Shown here piece by piece: positions 17,838-27,663 of a stretch of DNA of 64,000 nucleotides. The notes beneath the pieces were generated by a model. That model had not been told where the DNA came from. It saw only the letters and a list, made by a program, of their open reading frames with translations, and did not search any database. The stretch spans positions 384,001 through 448,000 of the forward strand of contig JAXGYC010000008.1 in assembly GCA_040772485.1 (NCBI GenBank), written 5' to 3'. This DNA is from Sedimentisphaerales bacterium (GTDB taxonomy: Bacteria; Planctomycetota; Phycisphaerae; Sedimentisphaerales; Anaerobacaceae). Position 1 is the first letter of the stretch. Every line of letters starts with the position of its first letter. A program made the translations under genes and the position numbers.

Positions 17838-18030
17838 AGTGACCCCCCCTACCTTGGAAGGACGGGCCGTGGCAGTCGCTCTGCCGCGGCCCGCGATTTT
17901 TCCGGATCGCCGAATCCGCAAAGCTTGCATTCTCTGCGCGCCGATGGCAGCATGGTAGCCGTGAGGGTCGCCTGCGTAACCAAGCGGGCGGGTGCGCTGT
18001 CTTTCGCAAGCAAGGGTTACGAGTGCGGAA

Positions 18031-19506
18031 ATGGAAATACGCAGATCCACAATTGCCATCGTTCTTGCCGTTGCGACTCTGACACCGCCAATCGGAATCG
18101 CGCCGGCGGCCGAGCGGTATGAACCGACGTGGGAATCGCTGGACGCACGGCCGACGCCGCAGTGGTTCAGGGATGCGAAGTTCGGCGTCTTTGTGTGTTG
18201 GGGCCTGTATTCCGTGCCCGCGTGGACTCCGAAGGGCCACTACGCGGAATGGTACCAGTACTGGCTCCAGGAGAAGGCCTTCGACGGTCAGGTGGCCGAG
18301 TTTCACGCGCGGACCTACGGCGCCGATTTCCAGTTCCGGGATTTTGCGCCGATGTTCAAGGCCGAGCTGTGGGACCCGAACGCCTGGGCCGATTTGTTTG
18401 CGAGGGCCGGCGCCAGGTACATCGTGCTGACCACCAAGCACCACTCCGGCTACACGCTCTGGCCCAGCGCCGAGGCCGAGCGGACCTACGGAGCGAACTA
18501 CAATCCCGTCAAGGTCGGGCCCAAGCGCGATCTCGTCGGCGACCTGGCGGCAGCGGTGCGGAAGAAAGACATCAGGGTCGGGCTGTACTATTCGCTGTAC
18601 GAGTGGTATCACCCGCTCTGGAAGAGCGACAAGGCGCGATTCGTCGAGGAGCATCTGTTTGGGCAGTTCAAGGACCTCGTGACGCGCTATCGGCCGGATG
18701 TGGTCTGGGCGGATGGGGAATGGGACCTGCCCTGGGAGCAGTGGCGCAGCCCCGAGCTTTTGGCGTGGCTGTTCAATCACGCGGCGAACGCGAACGACGT
18801 CGTCATCAACGACCGATGGGGCAAAGGGGTGCGGCACAAACACGGGGGATTCTACACGACCGAATACGGTTCCGGCCTGGACGACGATGTCCACCCCTGG
18901 GAAGAGAACCGGGGGATGGGACACTCGTACGGCTACAACCGCGCCGAGAACGCGGAGGACTATCGGTCTGCGCAGGAGCTGATCCTGATGATGGTCGATG
19001 TCGTAAGCCGGGGCGGCAACCTGTGCCTGGACATCGGGCCGCAAGCCGACGGAACGATCCCGGTGATCATGCAGGAGCGATTGCTCCAGATCGGCGCGTG
19101 GCTCGCCACCAACGGCGAAGCCATCTACGGCACGCGCATGTGGAAAGCGCCCTGCCAATGGAGCGCGGGGGACATTCCACAACTCAAGCGGGGCGAGTAC
19201 ATGACGCAGTTCAACATCCTGGAGCAGACGGTCGCCCCGCCGCCTGGGCAGGCGCGCAAAGAAGTGCTGTTCACCTTCAAGGACGGGAATCTGTACGCGA
19301 TCGCGCCCAAGTGGCCGGGCAAGGAGTTGCGCCTGAGAGACGTCCAGGCCGGCAGCAACACCACGGTGACGTTCCTGGCCACGCGTGCGACGCTGCCCTG
19401 GCGAACCGAAGGCAGCGACCTGATCGTCACACTGCCTGAGTTCGATCCCGATGAACTCGGCAATCAACACGCGTACGTGTTCCGCGTGAGTGACGTCACG
19501 CGGTAG
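18031..19506 (+). CDS. Alpha-L-fucosidase (GH29), secreted
   Basis: YEPTWESLD, WFRDAKFG, AEWY, LTTKHHSG, VWADGEW, VINDRWG, VSRGGNLCLDIGP, NGEAIYGTR. Confidence 0.95.
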   Translation: MEIRRSTIAIVLAVATLTPPIGIAPAAERYEPTWESLDARPTPQWFRDAKFGVFVCWGLYSVPAWTPKGHYAEWYQYWLQEKAFDGQVAEFHARTYGADFQFRDFAPMFKAELWDPNAWADLFARAGARYIVLTTKHHSGYTLWPSAEAERTYGANYNPVKVGPKRDLVGDLAAAVRKKDIRVGLYYSLYEWYHPLWKSDKARFVEEHLFGQFKDLVTRYRPDVVWADGEWDLPWEQWRSPELLAWLFNHAANANDVVINDRWGKGVRHKHGGFYTTEYGSGLDDDVHPWEENRGMGHSYGYNRAENAEDYRSAQELILMMVDVVSRGGNLCLDIGPQADGTIPVIMQERLLQIGAWLATNGEAIYGTRMWKAPCQWSAGDIPQLKRGEYMTQFNILEQTVAPPPGQARKEVLFTFKDGNLYAIAPKWPGKELRLRDVQAGSNTTVTFLATRATLPWRTEGSDLIVTLPEFDPDELGNQHAYVFRVSDVTR

Positions 19507-19551
19507 GCCAGTAGTCCGGCGATGTCGCGATGGGCCGGGCGAGGAGCGCGC

Positions 19552-19676
19552 ATAAAAAGAGGGAGACAGCGACCCCCCTTGGCATAGACACCTGGTCAGC
19601 CGCCCCCCCTGGAAAAGAAGGAAGGAGTATTATGAGCGAGTTTTCCGGATCTCGGGCTTTTCTACTACCCCCTTAC
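19552..19676 (-). ncRNA. Candidate stand-alone small RNA (about 125 nt)
   Basis: Minus-strand TTGCTT-N16-TATACT (19710-19683); CU-rich stretch; GC hairpin followed by CTTTTTAT; no downstream minus-strand gene. Confidence 0.5.
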
Positions 19677-19770
19677 ACCCAAAGTATAGTTCAGGTTTTG
19701 GCGGAAGCAAAAACAGCGAGAGGATTCTTTCGTATGTTCCCGTGAGGGCGGTCCGCGACTGGCGGGTCGC

Positions 19771-19837
19771 TTGGGTCCTTTCGGTCTTTTTGGTCCTTTA
19801 GAACCTGAAGGACCGAAAGGACCAGAAGGACCGAAAC
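19771..19837. repeat. 9-bp-periodic inverted repeat, copy 2
   Basis: GGTCCTTTC GGTCTTTTT GGTCCTTTA ... GAAGGACCG AAAGGACCA GAAGGACCG. Confidence 0.75.
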
Positions 19838-19906
19838 GATGGATGGCCCGTACGGACGGCTGACCCGCCGGCGGCGCGCCGGTTCGAACTTGCATGAGGA
19901 CCGTGG

Positions 19907-22396
19907 ATGCTACCGTTTGCCGATCCTGTACTGATCTTCGGCAGCGTCATGGCGCTGATTCTGGTCGTGCCGCTGTTCGCGAGGGGACTGCACCTGCCCG
20001 AGATCATCGGGTTGATCGCCGCCGGAATCGTCTTCGGTCCGCACGGCCTCGGGATTCTGGCCCGGGACCAGACCGTCCATCTGCTCGGCACGGTCGGCCT
20101 GCTGTACATCATGTTCCTCGCGGGGCTGGAGATCGACCTGCACCAGGTCCGAAAGAACCGCAGCCACGCGATCGTCTTCGGGCTTCTGACGTTCAGCATT
20201 CCCCTGGCGATGGGAATCCCGATGGGCATCTGGGTGCTCGGGCTGACCGTTCCTTCGGCCATTCTCCTGGCGAGCATGTTCAGCTCTCACACGCTGCTGA
20301 CCTTTCCCGTCGTGGGCAAGCTGGGCCTGGCCAAGTCCCGTTCGGTGACGACAGTCATCGGCGGAACCATCATCACCGACACGCTGGCCCTGCTGTTGCT
20401 CTCGGTGATCGCCAGCACCACGCGCGGCGAAGTGACCGTCGGCTTCTGGGTCCGGCTGTTCGTCCTGATGGTCGTGTACATTGCGGCCGTCCTGACCCTC
20501 ATCCCGCTGATCGGCCGGAAGTTCTTCCGCGATATCGCCGTCGACGAGAACAGCGAGTTCATCTTCGTCCTGGCGGTCGCCCTGCTCAGTTCGTATCTGG
20601 CACACGTGGCCGGACTGGAGCCGATCATCGGGGCCTTCCTGGCCGGGATTGCACTGAACTCCCTGATCCCCGAGAAGAGCCTTCTGATGACCCGGATTCA
20701 CTTCACCGGCGACATCATCTTCATCCCCTTCTTCCTGCTGTCCGTGGGCATGCTGGTCGATCTGGGTCTGCTGCTGACGGGGTCGGGGGCGTGGATCGTC
20801 TCTATCAGCATGATCGTGGTTGCCCTGCTGGCCAAGTGGGCCGCTGCCCGAGCCGGCGAGGCGGCGCTGCGGTACCGCCGGGACGAAGGCCGACTCATGT
20901 ATGGGCTCAGCGTCAATCAGGCCGCCGCCACGCTGGCCGCAGTCATGGTGGGCTATGACCTCGGACTGTTCTCCGAGGCGGTCATCACCGGCACCATCAT
21001 GATGATCGCTGTGACCTGCCTGGTCGGCTCGATCGTCACCGAACGAGCCGGACGGGCGGTCGCTCTGCACGAAGAGCAGGCGGGCTTCGATGCGTCGTCG
21101 GCGCCGCACCGGATCATGATTCCCCTGGAGGAGCAAGGAGGGGCCAGAGAGTTGCTCGACGTCGCGCTGCTGCTTCGGGAGAAAGGATCGCACGAGCCGC
21201 TGTACCCTGTTCGCGTGGCCGAGGAGGGCAGCGACTCCGACCAGCAGGTGGCGGCAGCCGAGAAGATTCTCGCCCATACGGTCGTCCGCGCTATGGCGGC
21301 CGGCGTCCCCGTGACTCCCCTGACCAGCGTGGACATCAGCGTCACCTCGGGCATCCTGCGGACCATCCGCGACAATCGGATCTCCATGGTCCTGTTGAAC
21401 TGGGATGGGCAGGTGGGCTTCAAGACCCGGACGTTCGGACGCATCATCGATGCCGTCGTCGAACAGAGCGTTCAATTCATCCTGATCAACCGTTTCCGCG
21501 AACCGGTCAGCACCACCGGCCGGATTGTGCTGGTCCTGCCGCCCCTGGCGGAGCGCCAGCCCGGCTTCGAGTCGGTCGTCACCGCCGTCAAGACACTGGC
21601 CAACCAGGCGGGAACCACCCTGCTGGTCCGCTGTTCCGTCGAGACGAAGGCCGCCGCGGAAACGTTCGTCATGAAAACGCCGCCTTCGGTGTCCACGTCC
21701 ATACGGACCTTCGGCGCGTGGAAGACCGTGCAGGGAGACCTGGCCGACGAGATCGACCCGAACGATTGGCTCATCCTCATGAGCGCGCGAAAGGGAGAGG
21801 TCGCATGGCAGCCCATTCTGGACCGTCTGCCCGGTCGTCTGGCCGGGCAATTCCCCAACACGACGTTCTCCGTCGTCATACCGCCGACCCAACGGTGGGA
21901 CAGCCAGCAGGCGGCCGACAAGATCCTCGATTCCTCCTACATCTTCTCGACGTTCACCCGCGAGAGAACAAGGTTGCAGATGGACGTCACGAGCACGGAG
22001 CAGGCGATTCGAGAGCTGCTGAGCTGCCATTTCCGCGAGGGCTCCGACGAGGCGCGTGCGATCACCCGCCTGCTGCACACGATGAGCCAGCAGGAGCCCG
22101 TGGAGCTGACTAAGGACGTCGTTTTGCTCCATGCCCATATACCGCAGGTCTTCGGGTCGACCGTCTTCCTGGGAGTCTCACGAAGCCGCCTGGATGTGCC
22201 GCTTGCCTCGGGTGAACCCCACATTCTGATCATCCTGCTGGACCCGGTCGGACAGGACCCGGCCAGGCACCTGCGGGCTTTGGCGGACATCGCCCGGATC
22301 ATTCGCCTGCCCGACATGGTCCAGGTGCTTCGGACCGCGAAGGATTTCGACAGCCTGATCTCGGACATTGCCCTGCGAACGATCGGCAAGAGGTAG
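19907..22396 (+). CDS. CPA2 cation:proton antiporter fused to USP-like and C-terminal PTS EIIA-like domains
   Basis: GLLYIMFLAGLEIDL, GGTIITD, IIGAFLAG, FIPFFLLSVG; C-terminal VVLLHAH...HLRALADIA. Confidence 0.88.
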   Translation: MLPFADPVLIFGSVMALILVVPLFARGLHLPEIIGLIAAGIVFGPHGLGILARDQTVHLLGTVGLLYIMFLAGLEIDLHQVRKNRSHAIVFGLLTFSIPLAMGIPMGIWVLGLTVPSAILLASMFSSHTLLTFPVVGKLGLAKSRSVTTVIGGTIITDTLALLLLSVIASTTRGEVTVGFWVRLFVLMVVYIAAVLTLIPLIGRKFFRDIAVDENSEFIFVLAVALLSSYLAHVAGLEPIIGAFLAGIALNSLIPEKSLLMTRIHFTGDIIFIPFFLLSVGMLVDLGLLLTGSGAWIVSISMIVVALLAKWAAARAGEAALRYRRDEGRLMYGLSVNQAAATLAAVMVGYDLGLFSEAVITGTIMMIAVTCLVGSIVTERAGRAVALHEEQAGFDASSAPHRIMIPLEEQGGARELLDVALLLREKGSHEPLYPVRVAEEGSDSDQQVAAAEKILAHTVVRAMAAGVPVTPLTSVDISVTSGILRTIRDNRISMVLLNWDGQVGFKTRTFGRIIDAVVEQSVQFILINRFREPVSTTGRIVLVLPPLAERQPGFESVVTAVKTLANQAGTTLLVRCSVETKAAAETFVMKTPPSVSTSIRTFGAWKTVQGDLADEIDPNDWLILMSARKGEVAWQPILDRLPGRLAGQFPNTTFSVVIPPTQRWDSQQAADKILDSSYIFSTFTRERTRLQMDVTSTEQAIRELLSCHFREGSDEARAITRLLHTMSQQEPVELTKDVVLLHAHIPQVFGSTVFLGVSRSRLDVPLASGEPHILIILLDPVGQDPARHLRALADIARIIRLPDMVQVLRTAKDFDSLISDIALRTIGKR

Positions 22397-22484
22397 AGCC
22401 GGACACGGCGGCCCCGGACTACAGAATCCGGGCGATGGCGGCCCGGAGAGCGGAAAATCAGCGGATTCTTGCCTCCTGCGACCC

Positions 22485-22513
22485 TTGACTTACGCCGGTG
22501 TCAGTGGTAGGTT
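22485..22513 (+). promoter_or_regulatory. Sigma70-type promoter of gyrA
   Basis: TTGACT-N17-TAGGTT. Confidence 0.55.
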
Positions 22514-22651
22514 ATGGGCTTTTGGGAACCCTGGCCAGGGACGGTGATCGGTATTTGCACGGGTGTGTCACACCTTTTTTTTGAACAGAATCCAGCGCGG
22601 CCGCCGTGCTTGGCGACTTGACCCGAATTCGGACCAATCGAGATCGAAGAC

Positions 22652-25213
22652 ATGACGAAGGACGTGGAACAGCCCCAGGAACGCTTTGAGGATATGCCGA
22701 TTCTTGAGGAGCTCAAGAATTCATATCTGAACTACGCGATGAGCGTGATCGTGTCGCGGGCCCTGCCCGATGCGCGGGACGGCCTGAAGCCCTCCCAGAG
22801 GCGCATTCTCGTGGCGATGAACGATCTGAATCTGGGACCACGAAGCACCCATCGAAAGTGCGCCAAGATCGTCGGCGACACGAGCGGCAACTATCACCCC
22901 CACGGGGACCAGGCCACTTACGGGACGCTTGTCCGCTTGGGCCAGGACTGGAACATGCGGTACACGCTGGTGGACCCGCAGGGCAACTTCGGCAGCATCG
23001 ACGCCGACCCGCCCGCGGCCATGCGATATACCGAGGCCCGCATGGCGGCGCCCGCCATGGAGATGCTCCAGGACCTCAACTACGAAACCGTAGATTTCAT
23101 CCCGAACTACGACGAGACGCGGATGGAGCCGGTGGTGCTTCCGTCGCGGTTTCCGAACCTGCTGGTCAACGGCTCGACGGGGATCGCGGTCGGGATGGCC
23201 ACGAACATCCCGCCGCACAACGTCAAGGAGATCTGCGAAGCCCTGCTGCTGGTGATCAACGACCCGAAGTGCGGATTCAAGGACATCATGAAGGTCCTGC
23301 CCGGCCCGGACTTCCCCACCGGCGGCATCATCTGCGGCAAGAAGGGCATCGTCGACGCCTACACCACCGGCCGCGGCCACCTGAAGCTGCGGGCCAAAAC
23401 CGAGGTCGAAACCGACAAACGCGGCCGGGAGCGAATCGTCGTCACCGAGATTCCGTACACCGTCATCAAGACAGCGATCGTCTCGAAGATCGCCGAGTGC
23501 GTGCACGGCGGGACCATCCCGGAGATCGCCGACGTCCGCGACGAGTCCGATCGCCACGGGCTGCGCATCGTGGTGGAGCTGAAGAAGGACTCCGATTCCG
23601 AGGTCGTGCTGAACAAGCTGTTCCGCTATACGCCGTTGCAGACCACGTTCGCCATCGCCAACATCGCGCTGGTCAACAATCAGCCCGAGACGCTCAACAT
23701 CCGCGAGATGTTGCAGTGCTTCATCGATCATCGCAAGAACGTCATTCGCCGGCGGAGCCGGTTTCTTCTGCGACGATGCCGCAACCGGGCCCACATCCTC
23801 GAAGGTCTGATCCTGGCGGTGACGGACATCGACGAGATCATCGAGATCATCAAGAAATCGCCGGATGCGCCGACTGCCAAGCTGAACCTGATGAACAAGC
23901 CGTTGCGTCTGGCCGAGATGGCGACGCTGCACAAGCTGCTGCCCGCCGCGTTCGTCAAGGCCAAGAGCCGCGGGGACCACTTCCTCACCGGCCCGCAGGC
24001 GGACGCGATCCTGACGATGCAGTTGCAGCGGTTGACCGGCCTGGAGATCGAGAAACTGGCCAAGGAATACGCCGGACTCATCGAGCAGATCGAGGGCTAT
24101 GAAGCCATCCTCTCCAACGAGAGCGTCCTGCTCGACATCATCCGCGAGGACCTGCACGAGATCAAAGAGAAGTACGGGGACCGCCGCCGCACGCAGATCG
24201 CCGGCGCCGTCGAAACGCTCGACATCGAAGACCTCATCGCCGACGAAGACGTCATCGTCACCGTCAGTCACATCGGCTACATCAAGCGCATGCCCACCGA
24301 CACCTACCGCCGCCAGGGCCGGGGCGGTCGCGGTGTCATCGGCTCCGACACGAAAGAAGGCGATTTCATCAAGCACCTCTTCATCGCCTCGACCCACGAT
24401 TATCTGCTGGTCTTCACCAACCGGGGCAAATGCTACTGGCTGAGGGTCTACGACGTGCCCGCCATGAGCCGCCAGAGCAAGGGACGCAGCATCGCCAACC
24501 TGCTGAACCTGGGCAACCAGCAGATCGCCTCGATCATCGCGGTCAGCAGCTTCGAGGATGAAGAGGGCGGTCCCGAACGGCAGCTCGTGATGGCGACCAA
24601 GAACGGCGTGGTGAAAAAGACGCGGCTGAACGCCTATGGCAACCCGCGCGCCAACGGCGTGATTGCGATCAACCTGGACCCGAACGACGCCCTGATCGGA
24701 GTGGCACAGACCACCGGCGAGAACCACATCATCCTGGGCACGCGCGACGGGATGACCATCCGCTTTGACGAAGGGGAGGTCCGCTCGATGGGCCGCGCTT
24801 CTCGCGGCGTTCGCGGCATCCACCTGCGCGGCGGCGACGAGGTCGTCGGCATGGTCATCGTCGAGGAGAAGTCGGCGTTGTTCACGGTCTGCGAAAACGG
24901 GTACGGCAAGCGCACGGGCATCGAGAACTACAAGGCCCAGTCGCGCGGCGGCCTCGGCCTCAAGAACATCAAGACCTCGGACCGCAACGGCAAGGTCGTG
25001 GCGCTCAAGGCGGTGCAGAGCGAAGACGACCTGATGCTCATCACCGCCAACGGGATGATCATCCGCACGGGCCTCGACGAGATCCGGTCCATCGGCCGCA
25101 ATACGCAGGGCGTGCGGCTGATCAACCTCAAGGAAGGCGACAAGCTGGTCGCCGCCGAGAAGATCGCCGCCGAAGACCTCGAGGACGAAGGCGAAGGTGA
25201 AGGCGAGGCATAA
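22652..25213 (+). CDS. gyrA: DNA gyrase subunit A
   Basis: YAMSVIVSRALPDARDGLKP, YHPHGD, catalytic AAMRYTE, GyrA-box QGRGGRG, C-terminal pinwheel repeats, acidic tail. Confidence 0.98.
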   Translation: MTKDVEQPQERFEDMPILEELKNSYLNYAMSVIVSRALPDARDGLKPSQRRILVAMNDLNLGPRSTHRKCAKIVGDTSGNYHPHGDQATYGTLVRLGQDWNMRYTLVDPQGNFGSIDADPPAAMRYTEARMAAPAMEMLQDLNYETVDFIPNYDETRMEPVVLPSRFPNLLVNGSTGIAVGMATNIPPHNVKEICEALLLVINDPKCGFKDIMKVLPGPDFPTGGIICGKKGIVDAYTTGRGHLKLRAKTEVETDKRGRERIVVTEIPYTVIKTAIVSKIAECVHGGTIPEIADVRDESDRHGLRIVVELKKDSDSEVVLNKLFRYTPLQTTFAIANIALVNNQPETLNIREMLQCFIDHRKNVIRRRSRFLLRRCRNRAHILEGLILAVTDIDEIIEIIKKSPDAPTAKLNLMNKPLRLAEMATLHKLLPAAFVKAKSRGDHFLTGPQADAILTMQLQRLTGLEIEKLAKEYAGLIEQIEGYEAILSNESVLLDIIREDLHEIKEKYGDRRRTQIAGAVETLDIEDLIADEDVIVTVSHIGYIKRMPTDTYRRQGRGGRGVIGSDTKEGDFIKHLFIASTHDYLLVFTNRGKCYWLRVYDVPAMSRQSKGRSIANLLNLGNQQIASIIAVSSFEDEEGGPERQLVMATKNGVVKKTRLNAYGNPRANGVIAINLDPNDALIGVAQTTGENHIILGTRDGMTIRFDEGEVRSMGRASRGVRGIHLRGGDEVVGMVIVEEKSALFTVCENGYGKRTGIENYKAQSRGGLGLKNIKTSDRNGKVVALKAVQSEDDLMLITANGMIIRTGLDEIRSIGRNTQGVRLINLKEGDKLVAAEKIAAEDLEDEGEGEGEA

Positions 25214-25270
25214 GCCGGCCGGAAGAATAGCGTCTGACGACGCCACTACAAACGGGGTCAGGACCCGTCC

Positions 25271-26224
25271 ATGGGCGAGCAGATTTACGTCATCGCAGGC
25301 AAAGAGGAACCGCTGGTCAACGCCCGGTGCCAGGAGCTGATCGATCGCCTGGTCGATCCGCAAGACCGGATGACGGGACTGCTTTCGGCTGACGGCGATC
25401 AACTCTCCATTTCCGATGTGCTCGACGAACTGCGCACCGCGCCCTTCCTGACGGGCCGGCGCGTCGTGGTCGTCAAGGGCGCCGACGAGTTCGTCTCGAA
25501 GAACCGTTCGGCCCTGGAACACTACTTCGACAAACCGTCTGCGACCGGCGTTCTCGTGCTGACCGTCGGCAGTTGGCCCAAGCAGACGAAGCTGGCCAGG
25601 AAGCTTGGCAAGGTCGGCGCGCTGATCGAGATCAGTCCGCCGAAGCGCTACGAGCTGCCGAAGTATCTCGCCGAATACGCGCAGCGAACGAGCAAGATGA
25701 AACTCGACCGCCCGGCCGCTGAGATGCTGATCGAGCTGGTGGGAGAAGACCTCACGCTGCTCTGCAACGAGATCGACAAGCTGGCGTTGTTCGCGCGCGA
25801 CGAGAAGGCGATTACCAGCAAGCACGTCGAGTCGCTGGCCGGACACAATCGCATCTTCGGCGCGTTTGAAGTGATCGAAGCGATGATCGCTGGCGATCCG
25901 CTTCAGGCGATCCGGCGGCTGCGCAACATGTTCGAAGAGGACAAAAGCGCCGAGTACACCGTCGTCGGCGCCTTCGCCTACCACCTGCGCCGCATGTTCA
26001 GCGCCAAGACCCTGCTCGAGAAGGGCGCCGGCCCGGGCGACGTCGCGCAGAAGCTGCGGATCTGGAACAACAAGGACCGTTTCTTCACGCAATTGAAGCA
26101 GACGTCGCTGGAGCAGTTGGGCAAATACATCGAGCAATTGGCCGCCATCGACTACGCCGTCAAAACCGGCCAGGCCAAAACCCAGGTCGCGATGGAGCAG
26201 CTCGTGCTCCGCCTGGCCGGGTAG
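25271..26224 (+). CDS. holA: DNA polymerase III subunit delta
   Basis: IYVIAGKE, VLDELRTAPFL..RRVVVV, L.NEIDKLALF, IDYAVKTG. Confidence 0.9.
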   Translation: MGEQIYVIAGKEEPLVNARCQELIDRLVDPQDRMTGLLSADGDQLSISDVLDELRTAPFLTGRRVVVVKGADEFVSKNRSALEHYFDKPSATGVLVLTVGSWPKQTKLARKLGKVGALIEISPPKRYELPKYLAEYAQRTSKMKLDRPAAEMLIELVGEDLTLLCNEIDKLALFARDEKAITSKHVESLAGHNRIFGAFEVIEAMIAGDPLQAIRRLRNMFEEDKSAEYTVVGAFAYHLRRMFSAKTLLEKGAGPGDVAQKLRIWNNKDRFFTQLKQTSLEQLGKYIEQLAAIDYAVKTGQAKTQVAMEQLVLRLAG

Positions 26225-26235
26225 TGCCGATTCTT

Positions 26236-27159
26236 TCAGCCCGGCAACTCTGCAATCCACGCGTCGGATCGGGCCTTCGAGTAACCGAGGAAGGCGGAAT
26301 CGGGGTCGTGTTGTTCGAAGGCCTGGCGGGCGGCGGCTTTGTTCGCGTTGGCGTAGCAGTACACGCAGCCGTGCGGGCAGGTGTTGTAGGTCCCGATGTC
26401 GGCGCTTTCGGTACAGCCGCATTCCGGCCTCGTGCCCTTGTCCCTGTACGGCGTCTCGCTCGGGCCGAACAAACGCTCGATGAGAGCCCCATCGATGCAG
26501 TGGGCTTTCTGAATCCGGTCCCCAACCAGGTAGTCGCCGCAGCAGGAGTACATCGCGATGCCGTGCTCAGCAGCCACCTCCGCAATTCGGTTGGCCAGAT
26601 CGATCCGCACCTGCTCGTTCGGTTCGAGCACCTGCACGCCTTGGGCTTTCTCCAAATTCCGGAAGTTCCGTCGGACTTTACCGTAGAACGCAACGTAGCT
26701 GAAATAGCACCGCTCGACGAGTCCTTCCAGTTCGCTCGCCAAAGACTCGAACGCGCGGAGATAGAACGCCTCGTCGCTGATGCTCGACAGGATGATCGGA
26801 TCGAACCGCCAGTTGATGTGCGCGGGCGAGCAGCGTCCGGCCAGATGCTTCAAGGTGCGCAGGGCCGCATGCTTGTCCACGTCGCTCTCGAAGACCGACG
26901 GCAGCGCCGTCAGAGTGTAGTTGAAATAGAACCGGTAACCGAGGCGATCCAGGACTTCGAGGTGCGCGAGGAACGGCGTGAAATCCTTCGACCAGAAGAC
27001 GAGGCAGTCCACGTCGTCGGGTCTCAGGGACACGCGATAGCGCCGGCCGCCGAAGGGATTGACCACGCCGACGAATCCGTCCTGAACCCGTCGCATGAAC
27101 CACTCGCCATAGAAGGCCGGAATGTCGGTGCGTCGTGAAGCCGAAATGATTCGTCTCAT
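26236..27159 (-). CDS. DUF1848 family protein (radical-SAM-like, C-terminal Cys cluster)
   Basis: IISASRRTDIPAFY, VFWSK, WRFDPI, CGCTESADIGTYNTCPHGCVYCYA. Confidence 0.92.
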   Translation of the reverse strand: MRRIISASRRTDIPAFYGEWFMRRVQDGFVGVVNPFGGRRYRVSLRPDDVDCLVFWSKDFTPFLAHLEVLDRLGYRFYFNYTLTALPSVFESDVDKHAALRTLKHLAGRCSPAHINWRFDPIILSSISDEAFYLRAFESLASELEGLVERCYFSYVAFYGKVRRNFRNLEKAQGVQVLEPNEQVRIDLANRIAEVAAEHGIAMYSCCGDYLVGDRIQKAHCIDGALIERLFGPSETPYRDKGTRPECGCTESADIGTYNTCPHGCVYCYANANKAAARQAFEQHDPDSAFLGYSKARSDAWIAELPG

Positions 27160-27211
27160 CGTGCCTAGCGGGACCTTATCGCAGCCGGGACTGAACCGCA
27201 CCCCGGTATCC

Positions 27212-27456
27212 ATAAAAAGGAAGACGGAGTCGCCCTCCTCCGGAACGACTCCGTAGCTTCTGGGAAACCGCGATCGGCCCCGCGCTTGCTGCCTCGGGTC
27301 CAACCTCGGCTCTTGCCGTAATAAAAGGGCGGGCGGTACCTCCTCCTCGTCAGATCGGCGTCATGTCAGTTTAGGACGGCCCGCCCCGGGTTTTCGGAGA
27401 TCCGCGCCCACAGGGGGCTGCGGCCCTGTTCGCCACACAACACCCTGCGACCTACT
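27212..27456 (-). ncRNA. Candidate sRNA or leader with two GGAGGAGG-containing terminator-like hairpins
   Basis: Minus-strand TTGTCA-N17-TACGTT (27491-27463); hairpins 27327-27386 and 27220-27260, each followed by TTTTAT. Confidence 0.5.
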
Positions 27457-27663
27457 GCAAACAACGTAACCAGTCTTTCGGCCAATGACAAGCACCTATT
27501 TATTCCATTCCAGCTATTTTTTCCAACACCCCCAGACCGCCTGCCCCATCGAGACATAACTGCCGAGCGCATCGCTACTAACAGCTCTCGCGGCCATCGG
27601 GCCGATTCTCGCGCGAACCGGGGGAATGCAAACCGGAGTGACCTGACTGGTGGCGGAATCAAT

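Noticed and set aside
22652..25213. Possible parC or intein-containing gyrA, given the absence of gyrB
   Set aside because: GyrA-box is present, length is normal and the AAMRYTE region is uninterrupted; split gyrA/gyrB is not unusual
22721..26422. 1233-aa minus-strand ORF
   Set aside because: Antisense shadow of gyrA-holA
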